A stretch of 64,000 bases of DNA from positions 22,072,001 to 22,136,000 of the forward strand of contig NC_042999.1 in NCBI RefSeq assembly GCF_006345805.1, in the 5' to 3' direction. This DNA comes from Octopus sinensis (taxonomy: Eukaryota). Of the stretch, positions 26,151-38,699 are shown piece by piece. The position numbers were made by a program, and so were the translations under genes. The first letter of the stretch is position 1; each line of letters begins with the position of its first letter. A model generated the notes under the pieces. The model made no database searches. It worked only from the letters and a program-made list of their open reading frames with translations, and was not told where the DNA came from.

Positions 26151-27352
26151 GTAAGTATTTATTAACTCAGAAGGCTTGGCGTAGATTCCCCCCCCCCCCA
26201 AAAAAAAACAGCAACTATGAAACCCGCGTGAAATCATACGACCTCCTTTGAAGGAGTGAAGATGAATTTGAAGAATGGCTATCGGGGCCCTCAAGCTCAC
26301 TCCTTTTCTGCACTTAGCTACATGCCAAAGACTAAAATTCAAGCCCTCCAAAAAATTTGCCTTCTTCTTTTCTAACAACCATTGACTCACTCCGATTCAA
26401 GCTAGACCCCCAAATATTACATCTGAATACACAAAGGCAACATTCTATTCCTCTTCAGCGTCACAAATCTTTGAGACTTTGTGTATTTAACATCGTACAG
26501 TCTAGTCAATTCTCTATATCCAAACTTCACCTCGAACATTAGTGCTTGAATGTATGTAGAATCATCTCTTCTCGTTATTCACCTCCTCTCTCCCTTGGAT
26601 ATTGGTAATAAATATTTCCATTTACTCTGGATTATAGTTTGTTCTTAACCAAATTCATCCCTTTGACACTGTTTTCAAATTCTTTGGCTTCCTTTATCAA
26701 AAACGTAAAACCTCCATAATTCTCATAATTCCCAGTAACTTCAACATTTTCAGCTCTCCTTAGCTTTCACACTCATCCCCTACTGATAGAGCGTATTGGT
26801 GCAGGAAATGATTCCTTCGCAATTCTCAACTACTCACATTATCAAGTCCCATCTTTTAAATCCATCTCTGGCAGACGAACAGTCATTCCAAACATCGTTA
26901 ACCTCTTTCTCATTCACAAACGCAATCGTCACTACACTATACAGTCTCTGCATATTTAAAGTCGTCTGACAACTGCTTTATGATTATGTCGAAAAGGAGA
27001 AAGAGGGCGACCAAGACCAGGTTGTCATCTTCAATAATGTAAGTTGCTGCCGTTGTTGTTGTCGCTAATAATGCAGCAGTTATTGATTTTTATTGCAGAT
27101 TCTGCCAATCTTTTTTGTTGCTGATAATATTATTGTTACTCTTTTAATTTTAGCTTTGACACTCAGACATGTTTTAGCCTGTCAGTTCTATCCAGGTCAA
27201 AGTTTACATCTTACCATGCATCGAAGAGGTAACGTTTTTAAATCTACGCCAATCTAATACATAATGAGCAAAGGCTTATCCCAGACGCTTAAAGCTGGAA
27301 CAAGCCATTTTGCCTGCACTCATTTAATGTCTAACTATAAATGATCATTAGA

Positions 27353-27584
27353 AGGCGGCGAGCTGGCAGAAACGTTAGCACGCCAGGCGAAATGCTCAGT
27401 GGTATTTCGTCTGCCGTTACGTTCCGAGTTCAAATTCCGCCGAGGTCGACTTTGCCTTTCATCATTCCGGGGTCGATAAATTAAGTACCAGTTACGCACT
27501 GGGGTCGATGTAATCGACTTAATCCGTTTGTCTGTCCTTGTTTGTCTCCTCTGTGTTTAGCCCCTTGTGGGTAGTAAAGAAATA
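27353..27584 (+). mobile_element. SINE family A, full-length, with 17-bp TSD
   Basis: TSD tataa(a/c)tgatcattaga at 27336-27352 and 27585-27601. Confidence 0.95.
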
Positions 27585-27869
27585 TATAACTGATCATTAG
27601 AGTTATGCTTCGGCTCTCAGCGGTACTCCTTGGTAAAGATGGTCCCCTACAGTCTTTTCAGTAGAAAGTTCGGATAGTAAGTATTCTTCTCTAAAGAAAA
27701 TTACTGAGCTATCCTCAATGTATTCAAGTACTACCTCTAAATAATGTTCGAGCTGAAAAGGAATCACTGCTGTTCAATAAACCTGGCGAAAGAGAGGTGA
27801 GATAGTCAGTTTAGAGTGGCCGGTTTATTGGCCTTCACTGAATGCGTAATCGTTGAGCAGAGACCACAA

Positions 27870-28245
27870 GTGGAGGCGCAATGGCCCAATGGTTAGAGCA
27901 GCGGCTCGTGGTCGGAGGATAGCGGTTTCGATTCTCAGACCGGGCGTTGTGTGTGTTTATTGAGCGAAAACACCTAAAGCTCCACGAGGCTCCGGCAGGG
28001 GGTGGTGGCAACCCCTGTTATACTCTTTCGCTCCAACTTTCTCTCACTCTTTCTTCCTGTTTCTTGTTCCCGACTTCCTACGCAACCGCTGAGCCTGGAT
28101 GCGCATTCATCCATCCGTCGATGCTCTCGGTGTCGGGGGTTGACCTGCTTTCTCTTCTGCGGGTCTTACGAATAGCAAAGGACCACGTTTCGGACTTCTT
28201 CCACTGGGACGAAGACAGCTTCGCTCAACAGCAACAGCAACAACA
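27870..28245 (+). mobile_element. tRNA-derived SINE family D
   Basis: gaggcgcaatggcccaatggttagagcagc head, gtttcgattc B box, (CAA/CAG)-rich tail. Confidence 0.85.
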
Positions 28246-30080
28246 GAGACCACAAATGAAAGATAGCTTATATCTTTTACAGTTAAGGAAATCTGAGTGT
28301 GTCTTGGTAATTGTCCCATATTGTATTATATGTACAATATATTATATAATATTTTATTTTATTTTGTGATTCATCAAGACTCCTGAAACGCACGCTACAA
28401 CAATTGACACGTTGAAGGGTAAAGAAATGCCTGAAACGGTGCAACCCAAGATTTCTTAGTAATTGCTTTCAGTCTTCTACGTTCTGAGATTATCTTCCGA
28501 GAAGCTGCTATTCGCATTTCTTCAACTGAGATCAATAAATAACCAATAAAGCTATCCAGTCAGTAGTGTGGTCAATATAAAGAAGTGTCAATGCAATGCA
28601 AACCATCTTTGGGAAATAGGTCATTCGATTTGTTTCTAATGCAAAAGACTCCGATCAGAAACGTCTGTTATTTCCTCACTCCACAGAGTAATTTGGAGGT
28701 TTTGTTTCTTTGTCTATTTGTTTAGATTTTTTCTCTATTGTCTTCTGTCTAAACATGAGAAATATACGTTACGAATGATATGTTTAACCACGGTCTCAAA
28801 CAACCGCCATTGCGTATACGACCAGAATAAATCTTTCTTCTTACTTGCTACTTTAATCTCTTCGTAATGTAGCAGAATTCTCGTTCATTTAATCTTCGTA
28901 AGCACAACTCAAGTCGTAAAATTGATAGTTAGACATTAGTTTTCATTCTTTACGTTAGCAGAGAGAAAGCTACAAATCTTGTTTTCTAATCTCACACACC
29001 ATTTTACGGTTTGCTTCTTTTATCGTCTGCTTTATTCAGTTGTAGTTTCATTTAGTTTTTCTTATATATGTCTTCTTTTATTTATCTCTGTATTTATATT
29101 CATGTGGTTTTCTTTTCTATTTTTCTCTTATTTCTTTGTTAATTTACTTATTTCTTTCTATCTTTATTTTAATTCATTTAGATCGCAAAAAAAGAAAACT
29201 TGTCAGTTTTCTTTTGCCATTTGTTTTCTGTTATTTGTATTTCAATTTTCTTGTTTATATATTGCATTTTACATTTATTTATATTTACTGTTACTTTCAT
29301 TTTATAATTTTTACCTAAAGTTCTTTTTTCTCCTAATTTATATTTTTGTATAAATTTGTCGATTTTTCTGATTTTTAATTATTCTTCTTCATTCCCGTTT
29401 GTTAGTATAGATTTTATAGCTAATCACTGCCTAACGTTGCAACGAACTCCATATATCCATTTGCTGTGGTAGCAATTTTCTCGTCTCATCTCATACGTTA
29501 AAAAGCCATAAGTATTTTCCCTTATTGCTATCTACGATAAATTGTTTTGCAGTTAGTAATGGCGATGCATGGAATAAACTGTGGAACTATCACAATTGTC
29601 TATGTTTTATTACAACGCATCAGAATAATATGTCTGCAATTTTTACCATTGACCCTTTTGTGTCAACTACAATATCAATATTGTATTCCCCAAATAAGGA
29701 AAAAAAAGACAATATAAGCAAAACAATTAATAGCCATAAAGTTAGAAAGCAAATTCGATATTATTAAATAACTGAAACAGACTCAACAAATAAGCATTTC
29801 TGCATGTATGTGCGTCCCAGCATATAGATATGCTTGTAAAATATGAATGCTTACAGTGGACAATTTTTCCAATAATCTTATTCTAGCGTAATGTAGAATA
29901 AATAAAATTGTTAAGCATATAAGAGTCTGAGTGTGTGTGTGTGTGACAGAGAGAGAAAGAGAGAGATAGAGAGAGTCTATATGTGTATGAATTTGTATGA
30001 GAATATTGCACATAAATACGTATATATTTTGTGAATAAACTATGCCTATAGATATGTATAAAGATAGGTACTTATACCAG

Positions 30081-30116
<36 letters not shown>

Positions 30117-30125
30117 TATACGCAC

Positions 30126-30184
<59 letters not shown>

Positions 30185-30344
30185 TCGTATATACATATGT
30201 ATATATATATTTAGATAGATATGCATGTATACATATATATGAAGATATATATATAGAGAGAGATATATAGATATATATATATATATATATACCCACCCAC
30301 TCACAAACATTCAATATATACATATACATATGTGTATGTGTGTA

Positions 30345-30375
<31 letters not shown>

Positions 30376-30857
30376 ATGTATATAGTGTCATGAATTTTAG
30401 ACTTTTGTGTGTAACGGGAAGATCGCAGTGAATCTTATCGGCAAGACCAGTTTCAATTCTCAATAAAATTTGCTTCAGTTCAATCGGCGAAGACAACTCT
30501 AAATGGCATAACAGCGTTACTATTACAAGACGTCGAACAGCGTTAACGTTAATGCTTAGTTATATGTTTAATAGGAAATGGTGATTAAGTTAGAGTGAAA
30601 CAATAACTGTCTAAAGATATTTATGTTTATTCATATAATACTACTGTCAAAACCCTACCAATTTGGCGCTGCCTTTCGTATCTTCAGCATGAATTAAATG
30701 CGTCCTAGTGAAATATCGGGCTCACTCTAATCGACTGATACCATTCACCCCAAAACGCCACGGCCTTGCTGTATAGTATTATAGAAACATGTTTGATAAT
30801 TCTCTCTGCCAGCTACGTGCATTCAGAAAGACTTTTAAAAATGATTTATTTTCATTA

Positions 30858-31251
30858 TAGGGCGCAGGAGTGGCTGTGTGGTAAGTAGCTTGCTTACCAA
30901 CCACATGGTCCCAGGTTCAGTCCCACTGCGTGGCACCTTGGGCAAGTGTCTTCTAATATAGCCTCGGGCCGACCAAAGCTTTGTGAGTGGATTTGGTAGA
31001 CGGAAACTGAAAGAAGCTCGTCGTATATATGTATATAAATATATATATGTATGTGTGTGTATGCTTGTGTGTCTGTGTTTGTCCCCCAAACATCGCTTGA
31101 CAACCGATGCTGTTGTGTTTACGTCTCCGTATTTTAGCCGTCGGCAAAACAGACCGTAAGTACTAGGCTTACGAAGAATAAGTCCAGGGGACAATTTGCT
31201 CTATTAAAAGCGGTGCTCCAGCATGGCAGTCAAATGACTGAAACAAGTAAA
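30858..31251 (+). mobile_element. SINE family B, full-length
   Basis: ggcgcaggagtggctgtgtggtaag head to gactgaaacaagtaaa tail. Confidence 0.93.
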
Positions 31252-31266
31252 TTAGCAAAGAGAGTG

Positions 31267-31307
<41 letters not shown>

Positions 31308-31349
31308 CCATGTTGCGCAACTGAAATCTACAGGTTTTTTTCATTCTCT

Positions 31350-31763
31350 CCTTACTCCTTTACTCCTTTACTTGTTTCAGTCATTTGACTGCGGCCATGC
31401 TGGAGCACCGCCTTTAATCGAGCAACTCGACCCCGGGACTTATTCTTTGTAAGCCCAGTACTTATTCTATCGGTCTCTTTGCCGAACCGCTAAGTGACGA
31501 GGACATAAACACACCAGCATCGGTTGTCAAGCAATGCTAGGGGGACAAACACAGACACACAAACAAACATACACATACATATATATATATACATGTATAC
31601 GACGGGCTTCTTTCAGTTTCCATCTACCAAATCCACTCACAAGGCTTTGGTCTTCCCGAGGCTATAGTAGAAGACACTTGCCCAAGATGCCACGCAGTGG
31701 GACTGAACCCGGAACCATGTGGTTGGTAAACAAACTACTTACCACACAGCCACTCCTGCGCCT
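31350..31763 (-). mobile_element. SINE family B, full-length
   Basis: As above on the minus strand; forms an inverted pair with 30858-31251. Confidence 0.93.
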
Positions 31764-31922
31764 TATTTTCTATTATTCCTTTCTTTTGAAGAGCGTAGGC
31801 TCGAAACATAAAAGACATTTCCATTTTTCCCTAGCGTCAAACTACTTCACTTGCTTGTTGTTCATACATCTGTCTTTGTCTTTTGTTTTATAATATAGTT
31901 CAACTATATTCATAACATTAGG

Positions 31923-32047
31923 ATAAAAATCACGTTAGTGATTATTATCAGGTAGTCAACATGGAATAATAATTTGCAAATATCTATTGCTTATAAATTT
32001 TTATTCCTTGTTGACTACCTGATAATAATCGCTAACGTGATTTTTAT
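31923..32047. repeat. About 125-bp hairpin with 47-bp arms
   Basis: 31923-31969 vs 32001-32047: reverse complements with 2 differences. Confidence 0.9.
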
Positions 32048-32131
32048 TCTTATTTTATGAATATATGTATAAGATGATCATACATACATACATATACATA
32101 CATATACATACATACATACATACTATATATA

Positions 32132-32209
<78 letters not shown>

Positions 32210-32215
<6 letters not shown>

Positions 32216-33005
32216 AAAGGGCTTAGTAAAATAAATTACTTTGCCGCATACTGAACTCATTAGAAATAGTAGCTAAAAAAACTTTTTTAAAACTATTTCT
32301 AATACTTAAAGAAAACCTCTCTCATATAGTGTCTGCTCAATTCAACTCACGAAAGTATGGGGGTAAAGACATTAAAAAATCAAATGCAAAGGTTATTTGA
32401 GAACGTACGTTTCAAGATTAGTCAACTCGACATTTCTATCATCAGCTCAGAACTCCTTGGTTTGGATTTGAAAACACTGAAAGTGGGAGCATACCCTTTC
32501 GGCTTCTTATCGCTTCTGAAGATCTGCTCGAAACTAACAGTGCCAGCAAACTCAAATATGCAAGCGAAGAATTTCCTGCTCTCCCCTTTCCACCAGCGTG
32601 GGTTAAAATCAGTAAACACTATGCTTTTTTCGGTAAAATCCGAGGCATAAATAGAGAGAGATGAATTATAATTTCAACAATTGAGGGTAAAATTAATTAA
32701 TTATTAATCAATTTCACCAAGTATTCAGTATGCAAAGGGACCATTTAAGGCGAATTCAAATTATTACATTATATAAAAGGGCTTAGTAAAATAAATTACT
32801 TTGCCGCATACTGAACTCATTAAATAGTTTTAAAAAAGTTTTTTTAGCTACTATTTCTAATGAGTTCAGTATGCGGCAAAGTAATTTATTTTACTAAGCC
32901 CTTTTATATAATGTAATAATTTGAATTCGCCTTAAATGGTCCCTTTGCATACTGAATACTTGGTGAAATGATTAATAATTAATTAATTTTACCCTCAATT
33001 GTTGA
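32210..33005 (-). mobile_element. PLE-like module with direct plus inverted pseudo-LTR arrangement, flanked by (TA)n
   Basis: About 32210-32270 recurs at about 32770-32822; 32674-32822 is inverted at 32858-33005; HHR at 32398-32449; body homologous to 50961-51361. Confidence 0.8.
32398..32449 (-). ncRNA. Type-I hammerhead motif, core intact
   Basis: tgag-CTGATGA-t-aga-aat-gtc-gagtt-gac-taa-tct-t-GAAA-C-GTAC-G-TT-ctca; stem I 4 bp, palindromic CGTACG. Confidence 0.75.
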
Positions 33006-33443
33006 GAGTTATATATATATATATATTATATATATATAATATATATATATAATGAAAACTATTCACCATGTGCTTGGAGTACAAATACAGGTGAACAGGC
33101 AAAAGAAACTTTATTTAGGAGTTATACTATGATTTAAATCTGTATGATTCGCCCCCATGCTACTTACAATTCTATAAACTCGGCTCGGCTGAGTCAAACG
33201 TTTAAACAATAATACATGTAACACCCAGAGGTGGTGCGGGGTTCTAGATTTAGGGTAGCGAACACATTAAAAAAGAGGTGCCGTGACTCATACCAAACAA
33301 TTTTTAACTCATTTCTCTTATGTTATGCGAAATATTTCAATAGTTATAATATACATGTTTGTATTCTAAGTTCATTAATTTCACATTTCAGTAACAGTGT
33401 CATCATGTATAAAACTTACAACTACTCATATAGGTGTCACGTA

Positions 33444-34065
33444 AGGCGGCGAGCTGGCAGAAACGTTAGCACGCCGGGCGAAATGCTTATCGGTGTTTCG
33501 TCTGCCGCTACGTTCTGACTTCAAATTCCGCCGAGGTCGACTTTGCCTTTCATTCTTTCGGAGTCAATAAGTTAAGTACCAGTTACGCACTGGGGTCGAT
33601 ATAATCTAATTAATCCGTTTGTTTGTCTTTGTTTGTCCCCTCTATGTTAAACCCCTTGTGGGCAATGAAAAATAAGAAGTGTTAGTACACCGGGCGAAAT
33701 GCTCAGCGGTATTTCGTCTCCCGTTACGTTCTGAGTTCAAATTCCGCCGAGGTCGACTTTGCTTTTCATCCATTCGGGGTCGATAAATTAAGTACAAGTT
33801 TTGCACTGGGGTAGATATAATCGACTTAATCCGTTTGTCTGTCCTTGTTTGTCCAATCTGTGCATAGCCCCTTGTGGGTAGTAAAGAAATAGGTATTTCG
33901 TCTGCCGTTACGTTCTAAGTTCAAATTCCGCCGAGGTCAACTTTGCATTTCATCCTTTCGGCTCGATAAATTAAGTTACACACTGGAGTTGATATAATCG
34001 ACTTAATCCCTTTGTTTGACCCTCTATGTAAAGCCCTTTGTGGCTAGTAAAGAAATATGAAATTA
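33444..34065 (+). mobile_element. SINE family A head-to-tail trimer
   Basis: Three successive bodies; second junction gaaatag|gtatttcg near 33892. Confidence 0.92.
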
Positions 34066-34130
34066 ACTTAGCTAGTAAAGAAATATGAAATTAGAGCTGA
34101 CTTTAAATATAATATATATATTATATATAT

Positions 34131-34159
<29 letters not shown>

Positions 34160-34161
<2 letters not shown>

Positions 34162-34903
34162 TATTTTACTTGTTTCAGACATTTGACTGCGGTCATGCGG
34201 GCAGCAAACGCCTTTAGTCGAGCAATCGACCCGCGAACATTCTTTGTATTCTTTTGCTTAACTAGTACTTATTCTATCGGTCTCTTTTTGCCGAACTGCT
34301 AAGTTACGGGGACATAAACACACCAAATCGGTTGTCAAGCGTTGTTGGAGGGACAAGCACAGACACACAGATATATATATATATACGACGTGCTTCTTTC
34401 ACTTTCCATCTATCAAATCCACTCACAAGGTTTTGGTCGGCCCGAGGCTATGGTAAAATATATGGTGAAAAATGGATCACAAAAAAATGTATTTCCCATT
34501 TCCTCTAACAAATACTAGCATAAAAATATGTTATTATTAGGGTCTTAAGAAACATATCTCAGAGAAGGTTACACAAAAGAAACTTTTAAGCGCATTATAC
34601 ACCATGCAATAAGGTCTCACATACCGGATTCTTTTTATGCCATCCAAATACATGTGAATATATCTATGCCTATTCTTCACTCACTATTTTTAGATACACG
34701 CAAATACACACGCATGGCTATATCTATTCATATAAAAAATATACAACAATATATACAATATATATACGCTTTGACACGTATTTTTTCAATGAAATAAAAT
34801 AGCCCGAGGTTACAGTAGAAGACACTTACCCAAGGTGCTACGCAATGGGACTGAACCCGGTTGTTGGTAAGCGAGCATCTTACCACACAGCCACTCCTGC
34901 GCC
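34160..34903 (-). mobile_element. SINE family B interrupted by a roughly 350-bp unique insertion
   Basis: cccgagg(c/t)ta is duplicated at 34441-34450 and 34803-34812 around the insert. Confidence 0.8.
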
Positions 34904-35255
34904 TATATATATATTTCTATATTTATATATATATATGCATACAAATATATATATATATCATATGTATATATATATGCATACAAATATATATATACATATA
35001 TATATACATATATACGTACATATATATATATATATAATTGTACATATATATATATGTGGTGTGTGGTGTGTGGTGTGTGTGTGTGTGTGTGGTGTGTGGT
35101 TGTTGTGTGTGTGTGTTGTGTGTGTGTGTATGTGTAGGCCTCTCCTGCCGAAGACGACGTATGAGCGTTCAGCTTTTGCCGAACGAGCTGCACAAATGAT
35201 TATGTTTATATTGATCAGAGGTTCGACACACACACACATATATACACACATATAC

Positions 35256-35286
<31 letters not shown>

Positions 35287-35407
35287 GGATATATATGGAT
35301 ATATACATTCATATATATACATAAAAATATACATAATTGTTAAACTGGATGTCAAACATTAAGACAAGGCAAACATCTCAAGTCATATACAATATTATTA
35401 TAGGAAG

Positions 35408-35463
35408 AACTTACAGCCGTTTCTGGGATATCCTCGAGTATGGGATATACCGTCATGAGAGAC
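35408..35463 (-). ncRNA. Hammerhead motif, degenerate (G5 to C)
   Basis: gtct-CTCATGA-cggtatatccc-atactc-gaggatatccca-GAAA-CGGCTG-TA-agtt. Confidence 0.6.
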
Positions 35464-35695
35464 AAATTGGGGAAAATAATATGGAAAACGAGGAAGGTAT
35501 ATATCAATAAGATGACAACATAGAGAAAGGGAGTAAAAGAATAAGGAGATGGAAAGAGACAAGCAAAAAGAGGCATAAAAGTATATAGTCCAACTTTCTG
35601 AAGAACCCAAAGCATGATGAGTCCTTAGGAGTAATCCTGCGTATATCCATGTGGGTTGAATGAACGTTGATATGTTCACGTCTTTTTCTTGGGAT

Positions 35696-35751
35696 GTCTC
35701 TGGTGACGGAAGATCCCATACTCGGGGATATCACAGAAACAGCTGTAAGAT
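35696..35751 (+). ncRNA. Hammerhead motif, degenerate (A6 to G)
   Basis: gtct-CTGGTGA-cggaagatccc-atactc-ggggatatcaca-GAAA-C-AGCT-G-TA-agat; palindromic CAGCTG. Confidence 0.65.
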
Positions 35752-36177
35752 TTTGAATTTTTTCTTGTAATAATATTGTATACGACTTGAGATGTTTTCT
35801 TTTTACTTAATTTTTGACGTCCTGTTTAATAATTATATAACCGTTGCATCGGAAATCTGTAATGGGTCCATAACTACCGCCTCGGCTATTACCTTAGAGC
35901 CCTAGTAATCCATCCGTTACAGCACTTACCTAGCGTACCTAATCGTTTAGATCACATGTGAACTACCCCCCATATTTAGTACATACATAGATACACACAG
36001 ACACATATATATATATATATTATATGTATGTGTGTGTATATTAGATATATATCGTTATACATCTATATATATATACATATAGATATATGTTATATATATA
36101 TATATACATACATATATATAACCTATATATCTATCTATCTCTATCTATCTATCTATCTCTCTCTCTCTCACTATATA

Positions 36178-36221
<44 letters not shown>

Positions 36222-36370
36222 GCCTGCTCGCTTAGCCAGCGGGGTGGCGTCATTTGAAGGCTAAACAATGCGAAGCGCATTGTGACCAGCGATATGTAGC
36301 AACATCTGATAACCTGGTCGGTCACGGTGATCACGGTGATATATACATATACATATATATATACATATAC

Positions 36371-36424
<54 letters not shown>

Positions 36425-36459
36425 TATATACACATATATATATACATATACATATATAC

Positions 36460-36557
<98 letters not shown>

Positions 36558-37082
36558 CACAGATTCAATTACGAATCAGTCATGCAGAATTCAAAATATG
36601 TGCATTACTACGGGTGACTTGTTTACGTGTGAGTTTTAAAGACACTTGTACAAGCTTCTTTATCTTTCGAATTGGATACACTTACATAGAAATTAAAATA
36701 CGAGAAAGAAAAGAAATCGGTCTACCTAAAACACGTTTTCACTTACATCGATTTTCAAAGATTTATTGCAAGTTTAAAATTCGCAATTCACATATAAGAT
36801 AGGTACAATGATAATGCATTTATCATCTTCAGCGACCAGTCAATTGTATGGCGCAATAACTTTGAATCTTCTCGGCGTCCGTTTGTCTCGCTAGTCTAGG
36901 TTTTAATAAAATTTCAGACACAAAGAAGAGGCGTATACTAAGTTTTGAAGGAAAAAAAATGATCAACAGAAAACTAGTGAACCGGAAATATGTTTACATT
37001 TACACATTCATATTGTGTTGCTTCAGTTTTGTTCTGTATATTTGTAAGTGAACGTATATACATACATGCATACATAAATACA

Positions 37083-37120
<38 letters not shown>

Positions 37121-37122
37121 AC

Positions 37123-37171
<49 letters not shown>

Positions 37172-37714
37172 CATTCACATACATACGTACACATACAAAT
37201 ATTTACATACAATATTTACACAGTTACATACAATAATATATTGTGTGTATGTCTATATATATATTTATATATATACATTTACACACACACACACACACAC
37301 ACACACCACATATATATATATATATATATATATACGTAAGTAGGGTTTAAGTATTTCACTTAAATTTAGACATCACGGCCAAGGACAACCTTGGGAAAAA
37401 ACATTTGCTTATATGCACATGTGCATGTGTGTGTATGTGTACAGAAACACAAGCATCCATGCGTTTTCATTGTCGCAAGGCGATACATGTTAAAAGATGG
37501 AAGATTCAATCAGAATTTGCATCCTTATTCGTGTGCGCGGCAAACCTGATTGCCTACCGTGAAACATAAGACCTCTTTTCAATTCATCGTACTTCGATAA
37601 GAAAAAATCCACAAACATCTGTCTCAATAAACCCCTATTGTCCCTCAAAGTTGTTTTCTATATTTACTAGGGTTTGCTTGAAGTTAACTTTCTTCCTAAA
37701 CCTCAATCCTTGGA

Positions 37715-37889
37715 TCATATATATATATACACGTACTTCCTATTGAGGAAATGGAACACATAAGCGCAAATATAGAGGGCATTAAATGCTTGATTTTAAA
37801 ACCAAAATAACTGAATTTTGATTGAACTTCATCCAAGTTTAGCTTAATTCGTGCGTGCATAGAGCGCACGAGCCGGGCAATACTGCTAG
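37715..37889 (+). mobile_element. Non-autonomous Helitron-like 3' end
   Basis: GC-rich gcacgagccgggcaatactg then CTAG|T at 37886-37890; 5' boundary uncertain. Confidence 0.55.
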
Positions 37890-38234
37890 TATATATATAT
37901 ATATCTGTATGTATGTGTCTGTTGATGTATATATTTGTATGTATGTAAAGTAAATTGTTTATGGATGCGTCATATCTACTTTACTATTGTAATGTATGAC
38001 TGACTTACATTACTTCGACACTGGGGTACCCCCGTAGTTTCATATTTATTCTATCTAACCTTACTATTTATTTTAACGCGCCTAAAACAAGGAGACCCCA
38101 GTTGGGGTCATCTCAAGTCATGGTCACAAGTGCATTTATTCATACACACACACACACAAGCAGATAACATACACATACAAATATATTATATATGCATGTA
38201 ACCATACATACAATTACACGCGCTCGAACAAGTA

Positions 38235-38305
<71 letters not shown>

Positions 38306-38315
<10 letters not shown>

Positions 38316-38560
38316 CTGTAAATGTGACAATTATTCGGTAACCATGATAAAACTCCGAGTATCCGGCCATCAGTTTTTTTTCCGATAGCCGGATAACTGA
38401 AGAGATGGCGGCGTGGATTTCCACCTCGGCATCCGAAACTCGGAGTTTTATCATGGCTACCGAATAATTGTCACATATTACATTTACAGATAAATTCTGT
38501 AAATGTAATATCGACATAATATCGAGGTGTCTTTCATTCTTTTGTTGTCTTACCATTTAT
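38306..38560. mobile_element. Fold-back PLE-like module, second copy of the 12.2 kb family
   Basis: Left arm about 38306-38365 is inverted to about 38430-38490; flanked by (TA)n. Confidence 0.75.
38392..38452 (+). ncRNA. Type-I hammerhead motif, core intact
   Basis: gataa-CTGAAGA-[13-bp stem II, 2 mismatches, attt loop]-c-GAAA-CTC-G-GAG-TT-ttatc; stem I 5 bp; predicted cut 3' of 38447. Confidence 0.75.
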
Positions 38561-38699
38561 ATATATATATATAATTAATATAGGATAAAATTTTTTTCGG
38601 TAAAAAAATTTTATCAATGACCAGCATATCAAAAAATGCCTTTAAAGGTAGACAAACAAACACATTCGGAGAAGCTTTGGCGATGTCCACAACGTATAT

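Larger units (their letters stand above)
35331..35830. mobile_element. Divergent inverted PLE-like module with two HHR motifs
   Basis: Arms about 35331-35464 and 35695-35830 are reverse complements (about 75-80% identity by eye). Confidence 0.75.

Noticed and set aside
26160-26900. Possible LTR-retrotransposon pol remnant on the minus strand
   Set aside because: No diagnostic RT, RNase H or integrase motif could be read
28979-29353. Hydrophobic 124-aa ORF resembling a membrane or mitochondrial protein
   Set aside because: T-rich low-complexity DNA; no recognisable motif
30672-30690. Minus-strand CTGAAGA-tac-GAAA
   Set aside because: No stem II, III or I; expected by chance
32515-32545. Plus-strand CTGAAGA-tctgctc-GAAAC
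   Set aside because: No stem II, and absent from the paralogue at 51 kb
36815-36856. Minus-strand CTGAAGA-tgataa/ttatca hairpin
   Set aside because: GAAA and stems I/III are missing; at best a heavily decayed HHR
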